From a virus, in IMG/VR virus record IMGVR_UViG_3300026183_000930, positions 32,001 to 96,000 of that record: a stretch of 64,000 bases of DNA; one strand, 5' to 3'. Under the pieces are notes generated by a model, which did not search any database, was not told where the DNA came from, and worked only from the letters and a program-made list of their open reading frames with translations. This document shows, piece after piece, positions 27,120-37,507 of the stretch; the first letter of the stretch is position 1, and every line of letters begins with the position of its first letter. The position numbers were made by a program, and so were the translations under genes.

Positions 27120-29093
27120 TTACATATAACTTACTAAAACTTTAGCACTTCCTGTTGTGGAAGAACCAATGTTTAAGTAAGCAACGATATCCGAATCTGA
27201 ACCTGTGGCATATTGGTATGCTGGTTGCACTGCATAAGTGCCTATTGATGTTAAATCAATGTCATCGTTTTCAACAAGTCTAGCATTGTCACTTGCATCA
27301 CCCACAGTTAATGTTGCGTTGGCATCATCAAATGCTTGAGTGACTTCTACTGATACTAGAGTGACTCTTGCATTGTTTGAAACTGTACCAATTGTTGTGT
27401 TACCTGTACCACCTGCCTGTGTGACTGTGGCTGTGATTGTTTTTGCGTCAACATCCGCTGAATCTTCATCTGAAAGTTGTATCCATGATGTACCGTTGTA
27501 AATCATGTACTTCCATTCACTGTTGCCTGAATCAATCACGTATGCTGTGTCGCCTGTCTGTGCCGACAAGGCATTGAGAGCAAAATTGTTTGCCACTACT
27601 GTTGTACCACCTGATGTTCTAATACCTTGTTCAACTGTGACTGCTAGAGGTGGACGACCATTGTGTACTGAAAACACACCTAAATCATTCAAAGGTGTAC
27701 CAGTGGTTTGGTCTAACAGTATTTCTCCACCATCTGTTCTTGTTAGTTTTAATGATGAACCTGTTGAAGCACTTGTGGATAGATCCCAACCTGTACCTGA
27801 ATTTGGACCTGCTACAGGATTGCCTGAACCATCATTGCTTGTGTTAACAATAGTGATTGATCCACCTGTTGATTCTGTTAGCACACAGTTTGAACCTGAA
27901 ACTGATGCTGTGATGTTTGTTGGTGCCGCGGCATTGATATCATCTGCAATATCTTGTGCAATACCAACTGCAACACCATATGCGGCTTGACCCGCTGTGG
28001 TTGTTGAAAATGAAACTGCTGTTCCGTTGATTGTGATTGCACCACCTGGATACACACCAACTAGTCCATACACCAAACTCTGTGAGGCTGTTGTTGCCGT
28101 GGTTGGTGTAGGTGCGGATGAAGCCGTAACACCATGTGTTGCTGTGCCACCATTGATATCTAATATTGTTTGTGCTAGTGTTGTACTTGTCAATGTGACT
28201 GCTGTCTCGTTAATTTCTAATACATCACTTGCTGTCACTGTTGGATTAACCACTGTGCCAGTAACTGATGATTCTATAGGATCTGCTATTTTTAAAAACT
28301 GTATCTTTCCTGATGTTGATGTTGTTGTAAATGCACCAGGCGTGGCCGTGTCTGCATACACAAAGTCACCAACTGATCCTGGTATCTCAGGTAAGAAGTC
28401 AATAATTCGTGTGTTTGGTCTCAGCATGAATTGATTAGCACCAACTGTGTTTGTTACTGTGCCAATCACTTTGTCTGTGGTTGATGAATTTGTTTTTACA
28501 AAACCAGTTGACCCACACGACACAAGATCACCTACACCAAATCCATGTGCTGTTTTGTCTAATACATAGTGCATCTGTGGATTTAGATATTGAAATCTTG
28601 AATTGATGTTTAGGTAAAAGTCTGATGATGTAATAGAAACTGGTACTGGATCAAGCATTGGATGACCATTTTCATTCAATTGAAATATCACACAATATCC
28701 TGTTCCAAATATACCTGAACCAATAGATGATCTAAATGTGTTGTATCTCAACCAATCTTCAACCACCATTGTAACTGTTGATGCTGTTTTTGAACTAATT
28801 GAAACAATTCTACAACAAGTTCCTGTAGTAGCACCTGCAATCCAATCACCTACCTGTACATCAAGTCCGTTGTACTCAAAGTCTTTTCTTGTCAAGTGTG
28901 ATCCGTGTGTTTGTGCTGAAACTGTACCTGTGATTTCCCATTGATAGTATTTTGGATTAGAACCGCCTGACCACCATTTGTCACCTTGGCCATCATTTTC
29001 TGTCCACTGTGCATTATTGTTAATTGACGTTACGTTAATACTTAAAACTTTTGCTGGTTTGTTTACATCAATGTAATTTGTTTTGTAGGCCAT
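27120..29093 (-). CDS. Virion structural/tail-associated protein
   Basis: 657 aa, Thr/Ser/Gly-rich beta character, follows tail fibre. Confidence 0.7.
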   Translation of the reverse strand: MAYKTNYIDVNKPAKVLSINVTSINNNAQWTENDGQGDKWWSGGSNPKYYQWEITGTVSAQTHGSHLTRKDFEYNGLDVQVGDWIAGATTGTCCRIVSISSKTASTVTMVVEDWLRYNTFRSSIGSGIFGTGYCVIFQLNENGHPMLDPVPVSITSSDFYLNINSRFQYLNPQMHYVLDKTAHGFGVGDLVSCGSTGFVKTNSSTTDKVIGTVTNTVGANQFMLRPNTRIIDFLPEIPGSVGDFVYADTATPGAFTTTSTSGKIQFLKIADPIESSVTGTVVNPTVTASDVLEINETAVTLTSTTLAQTILDINGGTATHGVTASSAPTPTTATTASQSLVYGLVGVYPGGAITINGTAVSFSTTTAGQAAYGVAVGIAQDIADDINAAAPTNITASVSGSNCVLTESTGGSITIVNTSNDGSGNPVAGPNSGTGWDLSTSASTGSSLKLTRTDGGEILLDQTTGTPLNDLGVFSVHNGRPPLAVTVEQGIRTSGGTTVVANNFALNALSAQTGDTAYVIDSGNSEWKYMIYNGTSWIQLSDEDSADVDAKTITATVTQAGGTGNTTIGTVSNNARVTLVSVEVTQAFDDANATLTVGDASDNARLVENDDIDLTSIGTYAVQPAYQYATGSDSDIVAYLNIGSSTTGSAKVLVSYM

Positions 29094-29096
29094 CTA

Positions 29097-32000
29097 TTAA
29101 GCCCCCATCACAAATCTCACCCAAGCATGAGTGGTTGTACCAAACGATCTTGAAGCACCTGTTTCTGATTCACTAACTCTAATATTTAAACTTGAGAAAG
29201 AACCAAATGCTGTTGGTGATCCTGATGATCCGCCACCTGGTACTTTTCTCAGTGTAGTACCTGTTGAGCCCAGTGTGTTCATGTTATATTCATTTGATGG
29301 ATAGTTGTAACCATAAAACATAACTGATAGCGGTGGAGTTGTGTAACCTGTAAAGTTAACTGTCAAATCACCACCTGTTGCTGAATCAATTGATACACTT
29401 GATACACCCGATGATGTATCTGAAATACTAGATATGTCACCGTTAGTTGCATAATTGATTTTAAATTCTTCATACTCAGTACCTGCTGATCCACCTCCAC
29501 CTGCGATTGTGATAGTTTTAGTTGCACCTGTACCTGATGCTGTAACACCTGCACCAACAAAGTTAAGTGTTGTGGCCGCTGTTGCTAATGATGAACCTTC
29601 ATCTTGTACTGTCAATGCACTGCCACCTGACTGTGCCACCCAAGCATAGTCTGAACCATTCCATGATAACACAAATCCTGATGTTGGATTTGATTGGTTT
29701 AAGTGTGTGTCTACATCTGAGTCTGTGTATAAATCTGTTGTCAATGCAACTGTACCATCAGCATCTGGTAAGTTAATTGTTCTGTCTGCTGTTGGATCAA
29801 TTGCTTGAAGTTTTGTTTCATTTGCATCTGCTGTTGAACCTTCAAACGCAATACTTGTGATGCTGTTGATGTCTGCCGCTAAACTCAATGATACATTGTT
29901 TGCGGCAATATCTGCATTAATCTGTCCTGTTGTTCCTAGGAATGTTAATGTTTCAGTTGCTGTGTCAAATGTGTGTGTTCCTGTGTTACCTGCTATGCCA
30001 AATGTGCCACCACCTGCATTTTTCCATTTGAATGAAGTTGAGGCATGATCGTAGTATAAAACTTTTCCGTCATCACCTGCTCCTGTTACTGCGTCAACAT
30101 CTGACAATGTTGTTAAACCTGAGCCAGTTAAACTTGTTAGGTAACCCGCAGTTGAATGATCTCCCCAACTGTATGCTGTGTCCCAGTTAGTTGAGTTTGT
30201 AAGTTGTGAATCATTTGCCATCTTGTTCCAACTGCCACCATGTGCAAAATACATAGCACCATCTGAATGACTGTGTGCTATTGCGCCATGATAAGTTGTT
30301 GCATTTGGAAATGCGGCTTGGTTGGCATAGTAGAAAGGAATAACTGCTGTTGTTGTTGTGGTTGCTCCTCTGCCTGTTACTGTAGCAAGTGTGTCTGCTT
30401 CTGCTGTCAAGTAACTTTGTAGATCTGAAATCTGTGATTCTGTAATTGACAATGCTGTTTGGTGCTGTGTTACTGAACTCTGTGTGATGTTCGCATCTGG
30501 AACATTTGCCCAAGTAACTGCACTTGATAGGTCATTTGTCTCTGCTGTCAGGTAACCTGCCGTGCCGTGGTCTCCCCAACCATAAGCAGTATCCCATTGA
30601 CCAACTTTTGCGTCACTGATGACATTTGTGCCCATGTCAATGTTAGAATTAACATTAACAACACCTGTACCATTTGGTGTTAATGAAATATTGCCACTTG
30701 ATGCAGTTGTTTCAATTGTTAAGTTGCCTGCCGCTGATACACTTGGTGATGCACCTGTTGTTGTTACTGATCCAACTGTTAATTCATCTGTAGTTTTGTT
30801 GTAAGTAAAACCAGCATCGCCACCCATAACACCACCGTCATTGAACTGTACTTGTGTGTCTGAACCGGCCGCTGTTGAAGCCGTTACTGTTGCGTTCTCC
30901 CATTGTGATGTTGATGAGTTGTATTTTAAAAACTGATTGTTTGCCAACGATGCCAATGTGACATCAGTCATTTCACCTAATTCGTTTGCTGTTGCTACCT
31001 GTGAGTCAACGTATGCTTTAACAGATTGCTGTGAAGGAATTTTTGTAGCACTGTCTGATACCATGTTGTCTTCATCAATCAACCAGTTGCCTGTGATTCT
31101 TGAATCAACTCTTGTATCTGTGTAATATAAATTTGTGCCTTCAGTTAGGTTAGTTGTTGTCTTTGTACCTAATCTTGTGTCAAAGTCTGTGTTGAAACTT
31201 GTGTAACCTGTGTTGTCAATCCAAGCATAGTCTGATCCATTCCAAGATAAAACATATCCTGCTGTTGGATTTGATTGGTTTAGATGTGCATCAACATCTG
31301 AATTTGTATAACCATCTGTGATACCATATCCTGCAAGTGTAGTTGGTTTGCCTGTTAGTGAAGCAAACGATTGTGCTGGTACACTTGTTAGATAACCTGC
31401 ACTTGCATGATCACCCCAACCAAATGCTGTGTTCCAGTTGGCTGAGTTGTCAGTCAGTATGCTGTAAGATCCTGCACTTGCACCACGTAACATGATGCCT
31501 TGTGATGTAAAGTCGCCATCTACTACCACATCTGCATGTGATGTTTCTGCTGTCAAATAACTTTGTAGATCTGAAATCTGTGATTCTGTGATTGTTAAAT
31601 TTGCTTGGTGCTGTACCACACTTGATGATGTGATATTTGCATCTGGTACATTTGCCCAAGTAACTGCTGAACTCAAATCATTTGTTTCTGTGAAACTTGT
31701 CAAGTAACCAGCAGTTGAGTGATCGCCCCAACTGTATGCTGTGTCCCACTGACCAACTTTTGTGTCAGTAATGACATTTGTTCCCATGTCAATGTCATTG
31801 CCGTTTGCGTCCAGTGTTCCACCTAATTGAGGAGTAGTGTCCTCAACAAGATTAGACATTGTTCCGCCACCGCCTGCTGACTGAGCCACCCAAGCATAAT
31901 CACTTCCGTTCCAACTTAGAACATATCCTGCTGTTGGATTTGATTGGTTTAGGTGTGTGTCTACATCTGAATCTCCATAACTACCTGACTGTGCCACCCA

Positions 32001-34031
32001 AGCATAGTCTGACCCATTCCATGATAACACAAATCCTGATGTTGGATTTGATTGGTTTAGATGTGAATCAATTGAAGCATTTAATCCTGCTACTGTTTGA
32101 TACGTTCCTAGATCTGAGATCTGTGATTCTGTGATTGTTAAATTTGCTTGGTGTTGTACCACACTTGATGATGTGATGTTCACATCTGGTACATTTGCCC
32201 AAGTAACTGCACTTGATAGATCGTTTGTTTCTGTGAAACTTGTCAAGTAACCAGCAGTTGAGTGATCACCCCAACCAAATGCTGTGTTCCAGTTAGCCGA
32301 ACCTGCCGCTACTATTCTTGCATCTGCTCTTGCATCTGTATAGTATAAATTTGAAGATCCTTCTGGTAATCCATCTGTGTCTGCCAACGCACCCGATTCA
32401 GTTTTCCATTTGAATGAAGTTGAGGCATGATCGTAGTATAAAATTTTTCCGTCATCTCCAGCACCTGCCACTGCATCTACATCTGACAGTGAAGTCAGTG
32501 TTGAACCAGTTAGATCTGTTAGGTAACCTGCTGTTGAATGATCACCCCAACTGTGTGCTGTGTCCCAATTTGTGATCTTGGCACCTGTGATACCAGTTGA
32601 CGTTAATCTTGCATCTATGTCAGTGTTGGCTCTTGCTGTGGTATAATATAAGTTTGTTACACCTTCTGATAAATCATCTGTAGTCTTTGCCGCTATCTTG
32701 GCATCAATGGCCGCATTGGCTCTGGCTTCAGTGTAATATAAGTTTGTGCCTTCTGTTAAATCTGTTGTTGTGTTTGCAGACAAGTCTGTTGATACTGTGC
32801 CTACTACCCAAGCACTACCGTTCCATTTCAAAGCATTGTTTAATGCAACACCTGATGTGTCAACATCAGTTAAATCATTTATACTTGCCGCGGCAATACG
32901 AGCATCTGCTCTTGCATTTGTAAAGTACTGATTAGTACCTTCTGCTAAATCTGTTGTTGTGAAACTTGTTAAATCTGATAGGTATCCTGGATCTGCTACA
33001 AACTCAACTGCACTTGCACCTGCATTAACTTTCACAAAGTAACCGGCCGCACCTGCATAGTTTGTTGGAGTGTCTGTTAATCCCACAAGTGTGGAAGATC
33101 CACCTCCACCGCCGCCGCCAGTCATATTGCCTGGTTCCCATGCTGATGAAACTGAATTATAAATCAGTACCTGACCATTTGCCGCTCCGGCTGAGTTGAC
33201 ATCTGTCAATGCTCCCAAGTTGGTAGCACCTGCATCAACTGTTGATACCCAAGCACTGCCATTGTATTTTAACACATGACCACTTGCAACACCTGTTGTG
33301 TCAACATCTAGTAAATCATTTATTTCATGATCTGAAATACTTGTTACTGTGCCTGCTCTTGTGGCAGTACCATGAAACTCTACTGCGTATACATCTGAAT
33401 ATCTGTTTGAGTTGTCACCAATTGATCTTGTGTTATCAGCATCTGGCAACATATCACCTGATGTAGGTTGATATCTTGCATCTGCTTCTGTTTTTGAATA
33501 TACGCCTAAGTTTGTTCTTGCAGTTGACACATCTGCCACTGCCGCTAAATTATCTGATTTTTGTAAAAATGCTGATGATGACAATCCACCCACTGTGCCT
33601 GCATCAACATTTGCACTGTCAACTGACACTAACACTTCTGTGCCTGATGCTGTCAATGTTATTCCTGTGCCTGCTGTTATACTTTTTAATCTAATGTTAC
33701 CTGTTGTGATATCAACAAATAAGCCTTCGCCACCACCTAGATTTAATCCTGATGTGACTGAGCTTGTAGCCGATATTGTTACATTGTCGGTGTTCTCTGT
33801 GATTGTAACATTGTTGCCAGCAACTAGTGATCTAAACTGTAAATCTGTTCCACTTGCTTGTTTGAATACACCACTACCAGTGCCAACATTTGCTCCACCT
33901 GTGATAGCAGAACCTGAATTAGTTACTGTGGCATTAACAAATGCCTGTTGTGTATCATCATATACTAGTGTTTGATTCGTCGTAGGACTTTGTACGTTAA
34001 AATTTGGGTCTGTGTTTGATCCTATTGCCAT
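29097..34031 (-). CDS. Long tail fibre / repeat-rich virion protein
   Basis: 1644 aa with repeated modules (WGDHSTAGYL, EGTNLYYT, HLNQSNPT..VLSWNGSDYAW). Confidence 0.8.
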   Translation of the reverse strand: MAIGSNTDPNFNVQSPTTNQTLVYDDTQQAFVNATVTNSGSAITGGANVGTGSGVFKQASGTDLQFRSLVAGNNVTITENTDNVTISATSSVTSGLNLGGGEGLFVDITTGNIRLKSITAGTGITLTASGTEVLVSVDSANVDAGTVGGLSSSAFLQKSDNLAAVADVSTARTNLGVYSKTEADARYQPTSGDMLPDADNTRSIGDNSNRYSDVYAVEFHGTATRAGTVTSISDHEINDLLDVDTTGVASGHVLKYNGSAWVSTVDAGATNLGALTDVNSAGAANGQVLIYNSVSSAWEPGNMTGGGGGGGSSTLVGLTDTPTNYAGAAGYFVKVNAGASAVEFVADPGYLSDLTSFTTTDLAEGTNQYFTNARADARIAAASINDLTDVDTSGVALNNALKWNGSAWVVGTVSTDLSANTTTDLTEGTNLYYTEARANAAIDAKIAAKTTDDLSEGVTNLYYTTARANTDIDARLTSTGITGAKITNWDTAHSWGDHSTAGYLTDLTGSTLTSLSDVDAVAGAGDDGKILYYDHASTSFKWKTESGALADTDGLPEGSSNLYYTDARADARIVAAGSANWNTAFGWGDHSTAGYLTSFTETNDLSSAVTWANVPDVNITSSSVVQHQANLTITESQISDLGTYQTVAGLNASIDSHLNQSNPTSGFVLSWNGSDYAWVAQSGSYGDSDVDTHLNQSNPTAGYVLSWNGSDYAWVAQSAGGGGTMSNLVEDTTPQLGGTLDANGNDIDMGTNVITDTKVGQWDTAYSWGDHSTAGYLTSFTETNDLSSAVTWANVPDANITSSSVVQHQANLTITESQISDLQSYLTAETSHADVVVDGDFTSQGIMLRGASAGSYSILTDNSANWNTAFGWGDHASAGYLTSVPAQSFASLTGKPTTLAGYGITDGYTNSDVDAHLNQSNPTAGYVLSWNGSDYAWIDNTGYTSFNTDFDTRLGTKTTTNLTEGTNLYYTDTRVDSRITGNWLIDEDNMVSDSATKIPSQQSVKAYVDSQVATANELGEMTDVTLASLANNQFLKYNSSTSQWENATVTASTAAGSDTQVQFNDGGVMGGDAGFTYNKTTDELTVGSVTTTGASPSVSAAGNLTIETTASSGNISLTPNGTGVVNVNSNIDMGTNVISDAKVGQWDTAYGWGDHGTAGYLTAETNDLSSAVTWANVPDANITQSSVTQHQTALSITESQISDLQSYLTAEADTLATVTGRGATTTTTAVIPFYYANQAAFPNATTYHGAIAHSHSDGAMYFAHGGSWNKMANDSQLTNSTNWDTAYSWGDHSTAGYLTSLTGSGLTTLSDVDAVTGAGDDGKVLYYDHASTSFKWKNAGGGTFGIAGNTGTHTFDTATETLTFLGTTGQINADIAANNVSLSLAADINSITSIAFEGSTADANETKLQAIDPTADRTINLPDADGTVALTTDLYTDSDVDTHLNQSNPTSGFVLSWNGSDYAWVAQSGGSALTVQDEGSSLATAATTLNFVGAGVTASGTGATKTITIAGGGGSAGTEYEEFKINYATNGDISSISDTSSGVSSVSIDSATGGDLTVNFTGYTTPPLSVMFYGYNYPSNEYNMNTLGSTGTTLRKVPGGGSSGSPTAFGSFSSLNIRVSESETGASRSFGTTTHAWVRFVMGA

Positions 34032-34073
34032 CTTTGCTCCTTAATCTTTAAAATATTTATCAAAAAACATAGT

Positions 34074-34427
34074 TTAATAGTTCAACAAAATTTTGTCAAT
34101 TGTACCCAAATTTGTTGCTTGTGGAGTGACTACTGCACGTAGATACAAAAAATTACCTCTAAATGTATAACCATCCACTGTTGACTGATTGTTGTACGTT
34201 GCGAACTGACCATTTTTGAGTGTGATGTTAAACCAATCTGCACTTGTTGGTGTTTCAGCCAATGTTGCTTGTATTTCAACCTGTCCTAAAAAATTTGTTG
34301 GGTATATTGCAATGGTATGAAGACCGTCAGTGAATCCATAAAATGAATCTCCTGCAATTTTATCACCTGTGACTGCCGTAGCACCAGAGACTGTGCTAGA
34401 CAACATATTTACACTATTCTTTGACAT
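34074..34427 (-). CDS. Probable virion protein
   Basis: ATAAATA-N5-ATG, upstream of fibre. Confidence 0.6.
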   Translation of the reverse strand: MSKNSVNMLSSTVSGATAVTGDKIAGDSFYGFTDGLHTIAIYPTNFLGQVEIQATLAETPTSADWFNITLKNGQFATYNNQSTVDGYTFRGNFLYLRAVVTPQATNLGTIDKILLNY

Positions 34428-34512
34428 ACTGTTATTTATCCAAAATTTAAATCACGGGGTTAAACTAACTTACAAAAAAATTAGTGATCTAGCCCGAATC
34501 TAACAGTATTTA

Positions 34513-34809
34513 TTAATCTGTAACTTTGATAGTGTACTCAGAGAAAGGTGGGTAGTTATTGATTGCTGTTTCCAAACTTGAAGCAGTCCAACCACTGCTT
34601 GTACGCTCAACTCCAAGTGACACAGTGTTGTTTTTGATATCTCCCACATAAGAGATTGTGGCTCTCAAAGCCACACAGTTCACAACATAACCGTAATCTG
34701 TTTTTGAAATGTTTTTTGGTTCGCTGTCTTCAAAGAAACTTATGTTGTAGATATGATCTGCAGATGTTTCTTTGTTTTTAGAATTTTTATGATGCTGTTT
34801 GATTTCCAT
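34513..34809 (-). CDS. Hypothetical protein
   Basis: 98-aa ORF. Confidence 0.55.
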   Translation of the reverse strand: MEIKQHHKNSKNKETSADHIYNISFFEDSEPKNISKTDYGYVVNCVALRATISYVGDIKNNTVSLGVERTSSGWTASSLETAINNYPPFSEYTIKVTD

Positions 34810-35233
34810 TAGTACCTGCCTGCATTTCTTCGTATGTTCTGAAATCTGTTGCAGTTTCTAACGGCACTGGGTAATAAATTTCGCAACCATTTTCTCCATC
34901 TTCAGATACTTCAATTTTCATATCTCGTTTTGGATATTTTTCGCTAATTGTTTTATGTAAATCATCTGCCATCATTTCGCAACTCTTGTAATCTAACTCA
35001 AGTGTTTTATCATCATACAATCTTTCTAACCATCTTTTAAACTGAATAAATTCAATATCTCTGTCATCATGAAATACTTCAATAGACACTTTGAAATGAA
35101 ATATATGTCTGTGTGGATAGCCTAAAAATGAAACATCATCCCATTCACCTGTTGCTAGGTTTGGATCATCCAATGCCGCAGGGTATTTGTGAATTCCTTC
35201 TTTTCTAAATGTTACCCAAATCAGTTTTTTCAT
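34787..35233 (-). CDS. QueD-like (6-carboxy-tetrahydropterin synthase, T-fold)
   Basis: EGIH, HRHIFH, DRDIEF, SCEMMA, VSEDGENG. Confidence 0.7.
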   Translation of the reverse strand: MKKLIWVTFRKEGIHKYPAALDDPNLATGEWDDVSFLGYPHRHIFHFKVSIEVFHDDRDIEFIQFKRWLERLYDDKTLELDYKSCEMMADDLHKTISEKYPKRDMKIEVSEDGENGCEIYYPVPLETATDFRTYEEMQAGTNGNQTAS

Positions 35234-35245
35234 ACGTGTTCCTTT

Positions 35246-35776
35246 CTATTCAATTACTTCATCTGTGCTGTATGATTCCCAAGAAGTTTTCACTAACGGA
35301 TTCATTAGTTCTTCAAGTTTGTTACACCATACACCACTGTTGGTTATGTTAAAATCTATGTCATCAATTTTGATTGTTATTCTCTTTGAATAACTTTCAG
35401 CATGAGCTATTGGTAAAGAATACATGATATGAAAGTATTCGTTTTCTTTAAACTCATCTAGTTCTGTTAAATCAAAATCTTTTGAAATATCAAGTGTTAC
35501 TTTGTGTGCTTTGGAAATTAAACTTTTAATGATTTCTCTCAGTTTCATATATTTAGAATCATCCCACTTGGTGTTTCTAAAACACATGTTTGCTCCCAAA
35601 TAAATGTGTCTACAAGTATTTTCTTTGGCTCTAAGAGCAATTTTTTTTGGATTACGAAACCCTACAACAAATAGAGTTTTTTCACCATAAAAAGGAGTCT
35701 TCTCTACTTCTGTTCCAGTAAAGTAGATTACATCAGTTAACTGTTTTTCATTACTGTAATCTCTTTTCATTACCAT
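35246..35776 (-). CDS. Hypothetical protein
   Basis: GTEVE.TP..GEKTLFVVG, HIYLGAN. Confidence 0.65.
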   Translation of the reverse strand: MVMKRDYSNEKQLTDVIYFTGTEVEKTPFYGEKTLFVVGFRNPKKIALRAKENTCRHIYLGANMCFRNTKWDDSKYMKLREIIKSLISKAHKVTLDISKDFDLTELDEFKENEYFHIMYSLPIAHAESYSKRITIKIDDIDFNITNSGVWCNKLEELMNPLVKTSWESYSTDEVIE

Positions 35777-35779
35777 TTG

Positions 35780-35980
35780 TTATTCCTTTTCAAGTTGTTT
35801 ACAAGTTTCTTTATTGGCTTGTAAACCAGTGTCTTTGTCATATATCCAAACATATGAATAAGCAATTTGTCCATCATTAGTTTCTGTGCATTTTTTACCA
35901 AAACTCAAACTTGGATTTTTTGGCACAGCACAAGATGTAACTGCAAACAATACTAATAAAAATAAAATTGACTTTTTCAT
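35780..35980 (-). CDS. Small lipoprotein
   Basis: Lipobox VTSC. Confidence 0.6.
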   Translation of the reverse strand: MKKSILFLLVLFAVTSCAVPKNPSLSFGKKCTETNDGQIAYSYVWIYDKDTGLQANKETCKQLEKE

Positions 35981-35986
35981 ATTTTC

Positions 35987-36598
35987 CTATTCTGGTGAAA
36001 CAGGATCAGTTAATACTGACATCTGTTCTAATCTATTTTTTGGTTCAAATGTTTCCTTTAAGTAGTTGATCATGTTGTCTGGTGTTGTTTCAATATAAGG
36101 ATCATCATCTGTTCCTTCATTGTTGATGCCTGGCTCTTGCCACCATTTTTCAACTACACCATCGTTAATAACACACATGTATCTCCAACTTCTGTTTCCA
36201 AACCCTAAATGATTTTTGCCAATCAACATACCCATAAATCTTGTGAAGTTTCCCGAACCATCTGGAATCATTTTTACATTTTTAACATTCATATGTATAC
36301 TCCAAGCATTCATCACAAATGAATCATTTACTGACACACAGTAAATTTCATCTATGCCCATTGCTTGAATATTGTTGTATTCTTTTTCAAATCCTGGCAA
36401 TTGTAGTGATGAACAAGTTGGTGTAAATGCACCCGGCAAACTGAATACCACAACTCTTTTGCCTTTGAAATATTCATCAGTTGTTTTATTAAGCCACTGT
36501 CCGCCAATAGCACAGCCGCCGTCAGTTTCAACTTCGTCACCAACTCTGGTTCTAAATGTTACTTTTGGAATTTTAAATCCTTCCATCATAAACTTCAT
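35987..36598 (-). CDS. Peroxiredoxin (Prx5-like)
   Basis: LPGAFTPTCS, SVNDSFVM, RSWRY. Confidence 0.92.
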   Translation of the reverse strand: MKFMMEGFKIPKVTFRTRVGDEVETDGGCAIGGQWLNKTTDEYFKGKRVVVFSLPGAFTPTCSSLQLPGFEKEYNNIQAMGIDEIYCVSVNDSFVMNAWSIHMNVKNVKMIPDGSGNFTRFMGMLIGKNHLGFGNRSWRYMCVINDGVVEKWWQEPGINNEGTDDDPYIETTPDNMINYLKETFEPKNRLEQMSVLTDPVSPE

Positions 36599-36615
36599 CC
36601 TTTATTAATAAGTTT

Positions 36616-36680
36616 GGGACTACCCGAAGATAGTCCCGGTTCCATAATGATTAAACAATGAGGGACAAGAACGTTTAATC
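36616..36680 (-). promoter_or_regulatory. Tandem 3'-UTR hairpins of clamp gene; first loop antisense to its own start codon
   Basis: GAUUAAAC-[GUUCUUGUCCCUCAUU]-GUUUAAUC then GGGACUAUC-UUCG-GGUAGUCCC. Confidence 0.55.
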
Positions 36681-36695
36681 TTATAGAAATCATTT

Positions 36696-37442
36696 TTAGT
36701 TGCTTGTCCTTGCAGGTAATACATACTCATACAAACCAATACCTGAATCAATTGCAATTTTCATTGCACCTTGTTCTGCAAAAGATATTGATGCTTGTGA
36801 AGTATCACTTAATTTCAAAATACTCAATGTTTGTGCTAAAGGCCAACTCCATCCTCTTTTGATTTCTGTAGTTACTCCTTTACTGATTGGTATTTCTACT
36901 CTGTCATTTGATCCATCACCAATATAAAACTTTAATGTGTCACCATCAGTTTTTGCAACAAATGTTGGTTGAACACTGCTCATCACTCCAGCAAAGTAGC
37001 TCAAATCTTTTAAATTTTGTTGTGTGGGTTGAATTGTCAAATCCCAATTTACACCTTTGAACTTAACAGTCTTAAGTTTTTCTTCAATCAACTGCGATAC
37101 CATAAATCTATAATTTGCTGTGTATCCATTGCCTGATGTAAATTTTAATTCTTCTGGCACTTGTTCGCCATTTCTTTCATTTGTAACAACTTCAATGTTT
37201 GCTGTCTTGTCAGCATATCCTTCAAAGTTTAAATATCCTGCTAATACTGGCAGTTTACCTAAACCCATTGTGCCTTTAAATTCACTTACAGGATTATGTA
37301 ATTTTCCTTTAAGAACAACTGTTCTATCATCATCCATTGCTTCAATTTCAGTTGCAGTACCATCGCCGCCATTTACTTTGACTGATTGAATAAAACCTAA
37401 TGAATGAGTGTGTTTGACTATGTCTAAGAGTACATCCCTCAT
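36696..37442 (-). CDS. Sliding-clamp-like DNA polymerase accessory protein
   Basis: 248 aa directly after DNA polymerase; C-terminal YEYVLPA; clamp loader in window. Confidence 0.6.
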   Translation of the reverse strand: MRDVLLDIVKHTHSLGFIQSVKVNGGDGTATEIEAMDDDRTVVLKGKLHNPVSEFKGTMGLGKLPVLAGYLNFEGYADKTANIEVVTNERNGEQVPEELKFTSGNGYTANYRFMVSQLIEEKLKTVKFKGVNWDLTIQPTQQNLKDLSYFAGVMSSVQPTFVAKTDGDTLKFYIGDGSNDRVEIPISKGVTTEIKRGWSWPLAQTLSILKLSDTSQASISFAEQGAMKIAIDSGIGLYEYVLPARTSN

Positions 37443-37507
37443 AATATTTTCCTTTCAATGTTCATAAACTAATAATAACAAAATAATATTGGAAAGTCAA
37501 ATGTTTT

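Noticed and set aside
27505-33975. Multiple + strand ORFs antisense to the structural genes
   Set aside because: Shadow ORFs caused by codon bias of Thr/Ser/Ala/Gly-rich genes.
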